DNA of 64,000 nucleotides from Lepidodermella squamata (lineage: Eukaryota; Animalia; Gastrotricha). A program made the translations under genes and the position numbers. The notes below the pieces were generated by a model. It had not been told where the DNA came from. It saw nothing but the letters and a program-made list of their open reading frames with translations, and searched no databases. Positions within the stretch are counted from its first letter, which is position 1. Each line of letters begins with the position of its first letter. Positions 1 to 13,488 of this stretch are shown here, in pieces. The DNA lies in contig JBLDXI010000042.1 of the NCBI GenBank assembly GCA_047495785.1, positions 1,302,001-1,366,000 of the forward strand. Direction: 5' to 3'.

Positions 1-1179
1 GCGTAACTTTAACCACCTTACAACTTAACGAATCCTCACCGATGAGGTAAGAAACTTGCAAGTGTGAATATGCACAGTTTCACATAGCAAAAACCAGCAA
101 GTTGGACATGGCACCCCATTAAAAAACCAAATTAGCCAAATTAGCTGAACATGTTCTTTACGAAGAAATGTTTCATATTTCGACGTTTTCGTCATCAACA
201 ATTTTTTATATTATTTAATTCAACCCTGCTTGATATTTTACAAACATTATTCGAAACTTCTAAGAAAGGTCCATAAAGTTTCACATTTCACAAAATGCAT
301 TTTTATTTTTCATTCATGCTACTACGAAGTACTAATGATAGCGCGGTACAATAACAAACACGTTGACATATGATATCTCAACGAAGCCGTCATTCACCAG
401 ATCTGGATACGGAATCCTCGCCACTTAATTCAACGTTGATTAATATTTTGCAAACATTTTTCGAAACTTTTAAGTATCCCAGTAGGGTCCAAAAAGTTCA
501 ACATTTCCCTTGACAATACCCTCGGGAAGTAGCTGTAGCGCCAGTTTTTTCGAGCTGTACGGCTCTGTGATGCATTACTCAAATTTCGAACTCGTAAATG
601 GGAGGGAAACCAGATCCTTCACAACTTCACTGGTCTTCTTTTTATAACAAAATCATTCCATCCCATATCTTGCGTCACACGCCGCGTTCGCACGCGCATG
701 ATTGAGGTTGGAGGTCTTCGACTTTAAAATGATAACCCTACCAGCAATCCGTGCTAACGATTACGTCAGCCGGGAAAGTTCATCTTTTTCGGACCTTCAT
801 CAGCGGGAACGATTACGTCTCATAAAAAAACTAGTTGTTCCCTTCCACGGTCCCGTATATTTCGCGTTGCAGAGATTGTGGATGTTCCCCAGGCAAAATT
901 GAACTTTAAAGTACAAGTTCCCAACTGCCGTATCGCGCGGAATAATTACTGCAAAGGTTTACCTGCCATTCTCGTTATCACTTCTAAATAACGTAAAACA
1001 GTCTCGTATCAATTTCGTTGATTTTCGATTTTCACTACATTTAAGGAAAATATATAGTTGGTGCTTGACGTACCGAAAAATGAGTGTGTAGTCTGATTCA
1101 ATGTTAGGGTTCGTATTGTTCGCTTTTAGAGCGGCGTCCTTTTCAAGCTTCACTTTCCGCCCCGTTCACTTTCAAAGGA

Positions 1180-3190
1180 AGGTCGAGGGTTCGAACCCAA
1201 GCTTTCGTTGAACTGCTCTCTAATGATTTCTGTCAACATGCTCTCGCTGTTGGCGATATTTGGTCATCGACTTCAATTCAACTTCAATTCAATCCTTGTC
1301 ATTCAATTGTAACCTCAACAATTTGTTTTTCAAGAAATTACCGAAACTTCGGATAGTCGTTGGTTCGAACCCAAACCCTCGTTCAACTGCTCAGCAACGA
1401 TTTCTTTCATCCGTATGCTCTCAATCTTGGCGTTAACGTCGTTACCGAAATCGATTTACCTTGTACATGTTATTCAATCGCACCCTGCTTGAATTAGTAT
1501 GCCAATTTTTTGAAAATTTAAAAGTTAAAAGGTCGAGGTTTCGAACCCAAGCTTTCGTTGAACTGCTTTGTGATGATTTCGTTCTCCTTCATGCAGCCAG
1601 AAGCTCTTGACGTCTAAATGCTCTCGTTTTCGGCGTCAACGTCATTACCGAGATCGATTCAGTTTGTACATTCAATCGCTCCCTCCTTCAATTTTTATAA
1701 CAATCTCGTCATCAGTGACATGGATTCTACCAATTCATGTCATTCAATTGTTACCCCGATTAATTTTTACAACAAACCTATCGAAACTTCGAAACTTAAC
1801 TTAAATTATATTATCCAACCTTCATGTTTTGTTATTTGCGTTCTCGTCATCAGTGTCATCGATTCTCCCAATTCATGTCATTCAGTTGTTACCCCGATTA
1901 ATTTTTACAACAACCTCTCGAAACTTCGAAACTTTAGCTCAAACCTTCTTGTTTTGTTCTTTTTGCGTTCTCGTCATCAGTGACATGGATTCTACCAATT
2001 CATGTCATTCAATTGTTACCCTGATTGTTTTTTTACAACAAACTCTCGAAACTTCGAAACTTCAAAACATGGTCGTGGGTTCGAACCAGATTTCTCCTTT
2101 TTCTACTCATCAATTTGTTCTTTAACCTTCACGCATTCGTTGTTGGCGTTTTCGTCATCAGCTACATCGATTCTACCAATTCATGTCATTCAATAGTTCT
2201 TTTGTTTGTTTTTCACAACAAAGTCTCACTTCAAAACATGGTCGTGGTTTCGAATCCGATCTCTGGTCGTTCCGCTCTCAAATTTTATTCTTCAACCTTC
2301 CTGTTTTGTTATGTGCGTACTCGTCATCAGTGACATCGATTCTCCCAATTCATGTCATTCAGTTGTTACCCCGATTAATTTTTACAACAAATTCTCGGAA
2401 CTTCGAAACTTGACTTAAATTATATTATCCAACCTTCATGTTTTGTTATTTGCGTTCTCGTCATCAGTGACATCGATTCTCCCAATTCATGTCATTCAAT
2501 TGTTACCCCGATTAATTTTTACAACAAACTCTCGAAACTTCGAAACTTCAAAACATGGTCGTGGGTTCGAACCAGATTTCTCCTTTTTCTACTCATCAAT
2601 TTGTTCTTTAACCTTCACGCATTCGTTGTTGGCGTTTTCGTCATCAGCTACATCGATTCTACCAATTCATGTCATTCAATAGTTCTTTTGTTTGTTTTTC
2701 ACAACAAAGTCTCACTTCAAAACATGGTCGTGGTTTCGAATCCGATCTCTGGTCGTTCCGCTCTCAAATTTTATTCTTGAACCTTCCTGTTTTGTTATGT
2801 GCGTACTCGTCATCAGTGACATCGATTCTCCCAATTCATGTCATTCAGTTGTTACCCCGATTAATTTTTACAACAACCTCTCGAAACTTCGAAACTTTAG
2901 CTCAAACCTTCTTGTTTTGTTCTTTTTGCGTTCTCGTCATCAGTGACATGGATTCTACCAATTCATGTCATTCAATTGTTACCCTGATTGTTTTTTTACA
3001 ACAAACTCTCGAAACTTCGAAACTTCAAAACATGGTCGTGGGTTCGAACCAGATCTCTCCTTTTTCTACTCATCAATTTGTTCTTCAACCTGCACGCATT
3101 CGTTGTTGGCGTTTTCGTCATCAGCTACATCGATTCTACCAATTCATGTCATTCAATTGTTAACTCGATTTTACAACATCTTCTCGAAAT
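1180..3190 (+). repeat. Degenerate, rearranged tandem array of the ~120-180-bp element repeat
   Basis: Recurring core TTCTCGTCATCAGTGACATCGATTCTCCCAATTCATGTCATTCAATTGTTACCCCGATT and GGTCGTGGGTTCGAACC; homologous to the 13.5 kb and 35 kb satellites. Confidence 0.9.
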
Positions 3191-3359
3191 TTTATGAAAG
3201 CGAATAAATGTTCAACTACTCTTTAACGTGCATTCTTCTCTAAATATTTCCAAGCCATTCAAAAATACGTTGGACGGTTCCTGAGCGAACCCGAAATTAC
3301 TACTTATCTATAAACACCTAATCCGGAGAACATTCAAATTTACAATTCAATTTCATGTT

Positions 3360-3924
3360 TCATCAACATTGGGGTGAGGGGGAAGCACCGTCCCCTCCAA
3401 CGACGTGGAGGGGATCTCGTAGGGGTGGTTCGAGTCCGTACCCATTACCCAGGAGAGTAGAGAAAAAGAAAGAAAAGGCTAGCGCAGCGTAAGCCTTGTC
3501 GAACTCTCCTGGATGGGGGCGCGACTCTGGGAGTTCCGAAGGAACGCCAGTTCCTTTACGCGTGTTTTACACATACGCCGTAGATTACCACGAACGAAGT
3601 GAGATTTCATCCCAACAGGGGGGCCCGAGAACGCGTTGGTTAACAGGACATACTCCGATCGACTTGCCCGATTTATGGTGGTATCCTGGACCCCTCAGGA
3701 CCTCCCAGAAACTTTTTCAGCTCAATCGGACCTTCCGTTGATTTTCTAGAAATTAGGACGGTTTTTTCTTATTTTACCGTATTTTTTGGTCACGTGACCT
3801 GAAATGGGTAGTATATGAGGGGACAGTAGGAGGATATGATAGGTACACCAAAAAACAAACCACGCTGACCAAAGCTTCCCAGCCAGCTGACAGGCTGGCC
3901 CCTCGCCCCTGGGGGAGAGGGGCC
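3360..3924 (+). other. Conserved structured terminal module (copy 1 of 5)
   Basis: CCCCTCCA-loop-TGGAGGGG stem, CCAGGAGAGT...ACTCTCCTGG stem enclosing AAGGCT...AGCCTT, and final hairpin GGCCCCTC...GAGGGGCC. Other copies start at ~5829, ~11701, ~26879 and ~44861. Confidence 0.85.
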
Positions 3925-6393
3925 CACAATAGATCAACAATGCAAGCTCGCGACTAAAGAGCAAACGACAAAAAGGCAATATAAATAAAATGCAAGGTCA
4001 ATTGAAAAGACGTGAGGCAAATAAATTGTGAATTATGCATTTAAAGCAACAGAATTACCCGTAATCGACTACGGAGAATCCGAATACGACATTCATTTTG
4101 TTAAAGCAATGATAATCCAATGATAATCACTTCAACAAATTTCGCGCTCGAGCAGCTGCGTTACGGACTACGGAGAATCCGAATATGACATTTATTTCAT
4201 TATCGAAATATGATAACCCATGATAACCCTTCAAACCATTTTCGCCCTCCTTTTACCCACTTTCGCCGCGCCACTTGCGTATTTTCACCACGAGTTGCGT
4301 ATCTTTCACCACCTAACAACTTACGACGCATCACTGTTGAGGTAAGAAACTTCGAACAAGCACTTCAAATTATGCGCCACATCGACCCATCGACATCGAG
4401 CTGCGTATCGCTGAGGACCATCTCATCATTGTTGTAAATTCAGTCATTCATGTACACTGATGATTGTTATACGTTATACGTATGTGTTCCTTGTGATATG
4501 AGTTCTTTGAGAACCTTGTGGAATATGTGTTAAACGTGATTCACCACAAAAGATCCGCCTTGAAACACAGCTAACTTACACTGCCTTTTTGTGTCCATTG
4601 CCATAGAAGGTGCATTTTGCACATTAATCTATGGGTTTACCCGTAATCGACTACGGAGAATCCGAATATGACATCCATTTTATTATAAAGCAATCCTAAC
4701 CCCATGATAATCCTTCCAATAATTTTCCAAAAATGTTCCGGCTCGCGCGGCTGCGCCGCACTCGCTGAAAGAGTTGCGTAACTTTAACCACCTTACAACT
4801 TAACGAATCCTCACCGATGAGGTAAGAAACTTGCAAGTGTGAATATGCACAGTTTCACATAGCAAAAACCAGCAAGTTGGACATGGCACCCCATTAAAAA
4901 ACCAAATTAGCCAAATTAGCTGAACATGTTCTTTACGAAGAAATGTTTCATATTTCGACGTTTTCGTCATCAACAATTTTTTATATTATTTAATTCAACC
5001 CTGCTTGATATTTTACAAACATTATTCGAAACTTCTAAGAAAGGTCCATAAAGTTTCACATTTCACAAAATGCATTTTTATTTTTCATTCATGCTACTAC
5101 GAAGTACTAATGATAGCGCGGTACAATAACAAACACGTTGACATATGATATCTCAACGAAGCCGTCATTCACCAGATCTGGATACGGAATCCTCGCCACT
5201 TAATTCAACGTTGATTAATATTTTGCAAACATTTTTCGAAACTTTTAAGTATCCCAGTAGGGTCCAAAAAGTTCAACATTTCCCTTGACAATACCCTCGG
5301 GAAGTAGCTGTAGCGCTGTGTTACCCCGATTAATTTTTACAACAACCTCTCGAAACTTCGAAACTTTAGCTCAAACCTTCTTGTTTTGTTCTTTTTGCGT
5401 TCTCGTCATCAGTGACATGGATTCTACCAATTCATGTCATTCAATTGTTACCCTGATTGTTTTTTTACAACAAACTCTCGAAACTTCGAAACTTCAAAAC
5501 ATGGTCGTGGGTTCGAACCAGATCTCTCCTTTTTCTACTCATCAATTTGTTCTTCAACCTGCACGCATTCGTTGTTGGCGTTTTCGTCATCAGCTACATC
5601 GATTCTACCAATTCATGTCATTCAATTGTTAACTCGATTTTACAACATCTTCTCGAAATTTTATGAAAGCGAATAAATGTTCAACTACTCTTTAACGTGC
5701 ATTCTTCTCTAAATATTTCCAAGCCATTCAAAAATACGTTGGACGGTTCCTGAGCGAACCCGAAATTACTACTTATCTATAAACACCTAATCCGGAGAAC
5801 ATTCAAATTTACAATTCAATTTCATGTTTCATCAACATTGGGGTGAGGGGGAAGCACCGTCCCCTCCAACGACGTGGAGGGGATCTCGTAGGGGTGGTTC
5901 GAGTCCGTACCCATTACCCAGGAGAGTAGAGAAAAAGAAAGAAAAGGCTAGCGCAGCGTAAGCCTTGTCGAACTCTCCTGGATGGGGGCGCGACTCTGGG
6001 AGTTCCGAAGGAACGCCAGTTCCTTTACGCGTGTTTTACACATACGCCGTAGATTACCACGAACGAAGTGAGATTTCATCCCAACAGGGGGGCCCGAGAA
6101 CGCGTTGGTTAACAGGACATACTCCGATCGACTTGCCCGATTTATGGTGGTATCCTGGACCCCTCAGGACCTCCCAGAAACTTTTTCAGCTCAATCGGAC
6201 CTTCCGTTGATTTTCTAGAAATTAGGACGGTTTTTACCTATTTTACCGTATTTTTTAGTCACGTGACCTGGAATGGGTAGTATACGACAGGACAGTAGGA
6301 GGATATGATAGGTACACCAAAAAACAAACCACGCTGACCAAAGCTTCCGAGCCAGCTGACAGGCTGGCCCCTCGCCCCTGGGGGAGAGGGGCC
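3925..6393 (+). mobile_element. Non-autonomous unit 2, internal-deletion derivative of unit 1
   Basis: 4777-5316 repeats 1-540 and ~5320-6393 repeats ~2851-3924 almost exactly; the ~2.3 kb between them is missing. Ends in the hairpin at 6366-6393. Confidence 0.7.
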
Positions 6394-9300
6394 CCACAAT
6401 AGCCCGCGACAAAAGAGCAAACGACAAAAAGGCAATATAAATAAAAGTCAAGGTCGATTGAAAAAACCTGCGGCAAATTGTTTGTGCATTTTGCACATTA
6501 ATCTATGGGTTTACCCGTAATCGACTACGGAGAATCCGAATATGAAATCCATTTTATTATAAAGCAATGATAACCCCATGATAATCCTTCCTAAAGTTTT
6601 CTGGCTCGCGCGGCTGCGTCGCACTCGCTGAAAGAGTTGCGTAACTTTCACCACCTAACGACGCCTCGCTGAGATATGAAACTTCGAACAAGCACAACAA
6701 GGTTTTTTCCAACATGTTCAAGCTGACAGCTAGAGTTTCGCAATACAGGTTAGTCCACAAATACAGAATACTACCTTTGAAAACCAACTTCTTTGCAATC
6801 ACGGCGACATTTCATTTCTTGTGAACGATCAACAGAATCATACTTATTCGTCGTTATTCAGTCGGTATTCAGTTTTCTAACCATATTTTATCTCATCGTT
6901 CTGGTCAAAATAACCAAATTCGCTCGGAAACCAAGTTTTTCCCACCCAAAATGGTCTTACAACAAGTCGAATATGTTCTTTACAAGGAAATGTTTCACGT
7001 CATCAACAATTTTTTATGCTATTTACTTCAACCCTGCTTAATTTTTTACAAACATCAATCAAAACTTCCAAGTAAGATTCAACATGAAGTTCAACATTTC
7101 GCAAAATACGTTTCGAAGTACTTCGAAACTTCAACTTAAATTATATTATCCAACCTTCATGTGTTGTTCTTTGCGTTCTCGTCATCAGTGACATCGATTC
7201 TACCAATTCATGTCATTCAATTGTTACCCTAATTTTTTTTACAACAAACTCTCGAAACTTCAAACTTTCAAAACATGGTCGTAGGTTCCAACCCGATCTC
7301 TCCTTTTCTACTCTTCAATTTGTTCTTTAACCCTCACGCATTCGTTCTTTACGTTCTCGTCATCAGTGACATCGATTCTACTAATTCATGTCTTTCAATT
7401 GTTACCCTGATTGTTCTTTACAACAACCTCTCTAGACTTCGAAACTTCAACTTAAATTATATTATCCAACCTTCATGTTTTGTTCTTTGCGTTCTCGTCA
7501 TCGGTGACATAGATTCTCCCAATTCATGTCTCGCAATTGTTACCCCGATTAATTATTACAACAACCTCTCGAAACTTCGAAACTTCAACTCAAACCTTCT
7601 TGTGTTCTTCTTTGCGTTCTACTTCTACCGTACCCTAATTTTGTTACCCTAATTGTTTTTACAACAAACAACAAACTGCAAGTTGGACATTGCAAATTAA
7701 ACACATTATACACATTAAAAAAGTCACATTATACCAAGGAATCCCTGCAAGCTTATACCAATCTGCAATAATTGGTTGAATTAAGATTCATGTGATTCGC
7801 TGAAAGAGTTGCGTAACTTTCACCACCTAAAAACTTAAGACGCCTCGCTGAGATAAGAAACTTCCAACAAGAACTTCACAATAAGGTTTTTTCGAACATG
7901 TTCAACCTGACAGCGAGTGTGTTGCAATTCAGCTTATTCCACAAATTCACAATCCTCCATTGAAAACCAACTTGACTGAATCACCGCGACGTTTGCTTTG
8001 TTGTAAACGATGAACAGAATCATACTTATTCGTCGTTATTCAGTCGGTTTTCTATGCGTATTTCATCTCAACGTTATGGTCAATGTGACCAATTTCGTCA
8101 CCTAACGGTTTGTTTACTGCTCTCCAGGCCGACAGGAGATCATAAATTGACGATAGATACAAGAGAGCAAACGACAAAAGAGCAAGTCTTATTACTGATA
8201 AGTTACTGTCCAAGGTCCAAGGTCGTGGGTACGAACCCAAGCTCCAAGCTCTCGTTTAACTGCTCTTCATGCTCTCGCTCTCTCAACCTCATGTTGGCGA
8301 TTTCTTCGTCACCGAGTTTAATTCAACTTATTCATGTCATTCAATTGTACTCTGATCAATTCTTTCAACAATGTTCCGAAACTGTGAAACCTCGATAGGC
8401 AGCTCGAGGGTTCGAACCCAAGCTCTCGTTTAACCGCTCCCATGCTTTAGTTCTCAGCGTAGTCGTTATCATCGACATCGATTTAACTTGTGGATGTAAT
8501 TCCATTGTACCCTGCTTAATTTGTTACTCAACTTTTTTTAAAATTTGAAATATCGAAGGAAGGTCATGGGTTCGTACCCAAGCTCATGTGAACCTTCAAC
8601 ATCACTCAAGCTCTGGTTTAGCTGCTCTCTAATGATATCTGTCATCCTTATACTTTTGGTCTCGGAATTATTTACTAGTGATGGTTAACTAGCGTGGTTA
8701 ACAGGTAATCCGAAAACTGTTAAAAAGTACTCAAAATACGTGTAGACGACTCGGTATTAAGACGGTGTGTTCCTCTTTATTTTTATGAAACGGTCGAAGG
8801 TTCGAATTCAACCTTTCGTTCAACTGCTTTGCGATGATTTCGTTCATTCCCAAGCTCTCATTCTCGGCATTAACGTCATTACCGACATCGATTTAGTTTG
8901 CACTTGTCATTCAGTCGAACCCCGCTAAATTTTGCTCTCCAAGGAATTCTTTCATCCGTATGCTCTAGTTCTCGGCTTTTTGGTCAACACCGACATCGAA
9001 TTGCCTTTTGCCTTGTACATGGTAATCAATTGTACTCTGCTTACTTATTTATAAGAATTTGTAAGGAGCGGAGTGAAAACAAGAAGCTATTTGCCAAGTA
9101 TTGCCTTTATTAATAACGAGAATATTTAATAATACAAACTGAATCAATACAGAAACAAAGATGTTTATATATGTCCATGGAATAATCTGGAACATAGAAG
9201 GTTCCAGAACAGGAAAGTTCCAGAGCATGGAAGGTTCCAGAACATAGAATGTTCTAGATCCTCACAGAATTGTCTAAAAATTTGAAATCTCTGAGTTTGA

Positions 9301-12264
9301 ACCCTCGCTCTCGTTAAACTGCTCTCCAACGAATTCTTTCATCTGTATGCTCTCCTTCACTGCGTTATCCTCACCGGGAACATGGATTCAACTAATCCCA
9401 GTCATTCAATTGTACTTTGCTCAATGTTTTCAAAGAATTTTGTGAACAATTGAAATTTCAAAGTAACATCAAGGGTTCGAACCCAAGGTCACGTTAAACT
9501 GCTCTCCTATGATTTCTGTCACCCTCGTGGTCTCGTTCTCGGCGTTTTCGTCATCCACGACATCGATTTGACTGTTATGGTCAAAGTAACCAAATTCGTT
9601 CGCAAACCAAGCATCACCGTTGTAAATATTAGCTGAAAATATTTCAGTTCGAACGTGTAGACGACGAACATCCCATATCTTGCGTCACACGCCGCGTTCA
9701 CACGCGCATGATTGAGGTTGGAACATTTCTTCTGCCACTTTGAGGTCTTCGACTTTAAAATGATAACCCTACCAGCAATCCGTGCTAACGATTCCGTCAG
9801 CCGGGAAAAGTTCATCTTTTTCGGACCTTCATCAGCAGGAACGATTACGTCTCATAAAAAACTAGTTGTTCCCTTCCACGGTCCCGTATATTTCGCGTTG
9901 CAGAGATTGTGGATGTTCCCCAGCCAAAATTGAGCTTTAAAGTACAAGTTCCAAACTGCCGTATCGCGCGGGATAATCACTGCAAAGGTTTACCTGCCAT
10001 TCTCGTTATCACTTCTAAATAAAGTAAAACAGTCTCGTATCAGTTTCGTTGATTTTCGATTTTCACTACATTTAAGGGAAATATATAGTTGGTGCTTGAC
10101 GTACCGAAAAATGAGTGTGTAGTCTGATTCAATGTTAGGGTTCGTGTTGTTCGCTTTTAGAGCGGCGTCCTTTTCAAGCTTCACTTTCCGCCCCGTTCAC
10201 TTTCAAAGGAAGGTCGAGGGTTCGAACCCAAGCTGTCGTTGAACTGCTCTCTAATGATTTCTGTCAACATGTTCTCGCTGTTGGCGATATTTCGTCATCG
10301 ACTTCAATTCAACTTCAATTCAATCCTTGTCATTCAATTGTAACCTCAACAATTTGTTTTTCTAGAAATGACCGAAACTTCGGATAGTCGTTGGTTCGAA
10401 CCCAAACCCTCGTTCAACTGCTCAGCAACGATTTCTTTCATCCGTATGCTCTCAATCTTGGCGTTAACGTCGTTACCGAAATCGATTTACCTTGTACATG
10501 TTATTCAATCGCACCCTGCTTGAATTATTATGACAATTTTTTGAAAATTTGAAAGTTAAAAGGTCGAGGTTTCGAACCCAAGCTTTTGTTGAACTGCTTT
10601 GTGATGATTTCGTTCACCTTCATGCAGCCAGAAGCTCTTGACGTCTAAATGCTGTCGTTTTCGGCGTCAACGTCATTACCGAGATCGATTTAGTTTGTAC
10701 ATATCATTCAATCGCTCCCTCCTTCAATTTTTATAACAATTTTCTGAAAATTTGGAATTTTAAAGGAACGGCAAGGGTTCGAACCCAAGCTGACGTTCAG
10801 CCGCTCTCCAAGGAATTCTTGCATCCGTATGCTCTCGTTCTCGGCGTTTTCGTCATCAGCAACATCGATTCAACTTATCCTTGTCATTCAATTGTATCCT
10901 GATCAATTATTTTTAATTTGTTTACCAAAATTTGAAATTCAAAAAGAAGACCGATTGTTTGTTACAACAACCTCTCGAAACTTCGAAACTTCAGCTCAAA
11001 CCTTCTTTTTTGTTCTTTTTGCGTTCTCGTCATCAGTGAGATCGATTCTACCAATTCATGTCATTCAATTGTTACCCCGATTAATTTTTACAACAACCTC
11101 TCGAAACTTTGAAACTTCAGCTCAAACCTTCTTGTTTCGTTCTTTCCGTTCTCTTCATCAGTGAGATCGATTCTCCCAATTCATGTCATTCAATTGTTAC
11201 CCCGATTAATTGTTACAACAACCTCTCAAAACTTCGAATCTTCAAAACATGGTCGTGGGTTCGAACCCGATCTCTCTTTTTTCTACTATTCAAACTGTTC
11301 TTTAACCTTAACGCATTCGTTCTTGGCGTTTTGGTCATCAGCTACATCGATTCTACTAATCCATGTCATTCAATTGTTAACCTGATTTTACAACTTTGAA
11401 ATTTTACATCTTCTCGAAATAACAATACATTAACAATAATAGGAATTTACAATCAGCTACATCGATTCTACTAATCCATGTCACTCAATTGTTAACCCGA
11501 TTTTACAACATCTTCTCGAAACTTTGAAATTTTATGAAAGCGAATAAATGTTCAACTACTCTTTAACGTGCATTCTTCTCAAAATATTTTCCTAGCCATT
11601 CAATAATACGTTGGAAGGTTCCTGAGCGAACCCGAAATTACTGCTTATCTATCAAGACCTAATCCGAAGAACATTCTAATTTACAATTAAATTTCAAATG
11701 TCATCAGCATTGGGGTGAGGGGGAAGCACCGTCCCCTCCAACGACGTGGAGGGGATCTCCAAGGGGTGGTTCGAGTCCTTACCCATTACCCAGGAGAGTA
11801 GAGAAAAGAAAGAAAAGGCTAGCGCAGCGTTAGCCTTGTGGAACTCTCCTGGATGGGGGCGCGACTCTGGGAGTTCCGAAGGAACGCCAGTTCCTTTACA
11901 CGTGTTTTACACATACGCCGTAGATTACCACGAACGAAGTGAGATTTCATCCCAACAGGGGGGCCCGAGAACGCGTTGGTTAACAGGACATTCTCCGATG
12001 AAGCCGCCCGATTTATGGTAGTATCCTGGACCCCTCAGGACCTCCCAGAAACTTTTTCAGCTCTAACGGACCTTCCGTTGATTTTCTAGAAATTAGGACG
12101 GTTTTTTCCTATTTTACCGTATTTTTTGGTCACGTGACCCGGAATGGGTAGTATATGAGGGGACAGTAGGAGGATATGATAAGGACACCAAAAAACTAAC
12201 CACGCTAACCAGAGTATCCAAGCCAGCTGACAGGCTGGCCCCTCGCCCCTGGGGGAGAGGGGCC
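6394..12264 (+). mobile_element. Non-autonomous unit 3
   Basis: Degenerate repeats throughout; ~9672-10740 is a close copy of ~660-1700; terminal module at 11701-12264. Confidence 0.65.
9060..9266 (-). mobile_element. Solo LTR (207 bp)
   Basis: TG...CA ends with inverted termini TGTAAGGA/TCCTCACA, 5-bp TSD GAATT (9055-9059, 9267-9271), AATAAA and TATA on the minus strand, internal ~17-bp repeats. Confidence 0.8.
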
Positions 12265-12679
12265 TACAATAAATCAACAATGCTAGCTGGCGACCAAAGA
12301 GCAAACGACGAAAAGGCAATATACGTAAAAGTCAAGGTCAATTGAACAATTCTGCGGCGAATAAATTGTGCATTTTCCATATACAACAATAGGTTTACAT
12401 GTAATCGACAACGGAGAATCCGAATATGACGTTCATTTTGTTATGAAGCAATTATAACCCAATGATAGCCCCTCCAACTAATTTTTCTGTTCACTGCTAT
12501 GGAGTTGGCATGGTTATATTTTTTATTAAATAACATAATGCAGTTCAAGTTTCAGGGCTCGAAGTTTTAAAGCACATTTTTAAGTGAGCGGTTCAATAAC
12601 GCACTGTCTTATTTCCATATTCATATGCATGCGCAGAAACAAAAAAAAATAATAATAACAATAAAAAATTAAAAGAAAA

Positions 12680-12756
12680 TGTGTCGCGGCCGGGACTCGA
12701 ACCCTCCATTAACTGCATTTCACAACGTTACACTGAAACCACTCGGCCACAACACA
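12680..12756 (-). ncRNA. tRNA-derived (Pol III A/B-box) sequence inside element A
   Basis: Minus strand: TGTGTTG-TGGCCGAGTGG (A box)...GGTTCGAGTCCC (B box)...CGACACA, then TTTTCTTTT. T- and anticodon stems are imperfect. Confidence 0.55.
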
Positions 12757-13488
12757 TCTGACATATCCATCGCAAATTAAATTTCAATTAAATATTCAAC
12801 GAAATTATCAAAACAGTTTCCAGCGCCTTCCGGGAATCGGACGCGTCTCTATATAATTTATTCACTATATAATTCGCTACGCAGTGGTTCGGAAGGCAGT
12901 GGTTCGATTGCTGCTCACATCACATTTTTCCTTCTCATTTTTTCTTCTTAAAATCAGATTTATTTCTGTTTAATTTTTTTGCAGAGTGAGCAATAAAAAA
13001 TAAACGTTTACCATTCACGTGAATCTTCATGAGTACAAAGTGCATGCCTGTCATATGGCCGACACGCGATTCAGCATCAGCTGTTTCACGGCGCAGCGGC
13101 GGCAACAGCAAGCAGACGGTTCGATCCGGTATTCAACCATCATTCACAACGATTTATTTCTCTTCAAAACAACCTCTATTTCCCTAATCATTAGAATTAC
13201 TTATGCTGCCAGCTCCTATCAATCTATCTTCCGCTCGAATCGATAACATTGTGACAATGTTGCTCTCTCAGGTTTGCTAGTATATTATTCCCAGTTCATA
13301 TCACCATTCCCACTATAATTACAGCTACTGGATGAAATGGCGATTTCAACACTGTTGTCCACTTTGGTTTTCCATGGTCACTACTCCCTACCAGAAAGCG
13401 GTGAGTACATTATTTTCCTCATTCATTTTTTTTACTATTGTAAAATTTATTGATTTTTTCATTCATTAACACGTTTTTTTTGCTCCCC

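Larger units (their letters stand above)
1..3924 (+). mobile_element. Non-autonomous Helitron-like unit 1 (5' part outside window)
   Basis: Degenerate ~180-bp repeats (~1.2-3.2 kb) followed by the shared terminal module (3360-3924) ending in a GC-rich hairpin (3897-3924), as in the coding elements; no long ORF. Confidence 0.65.

Noticed and set aside
1607-3207. Many overlapping short ORFs here and at 35134-37170
   Set aside because: They are translations of the tandem repeats in several frames, with no protein motifs.
3421-3445. Pol III B box (GGTTCGAGTCC) in the terminal module as a SINE head
   Set aside because: No convincing A box upstream, and the motif is lost in the 44861 copy while the stems are kept.
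12680-12756. Functional tRNA gene
   Set aside because: T-stem and anticodon stem pair poorly and spacing to the acceptor strand is off; kept only as tRNA-derived.
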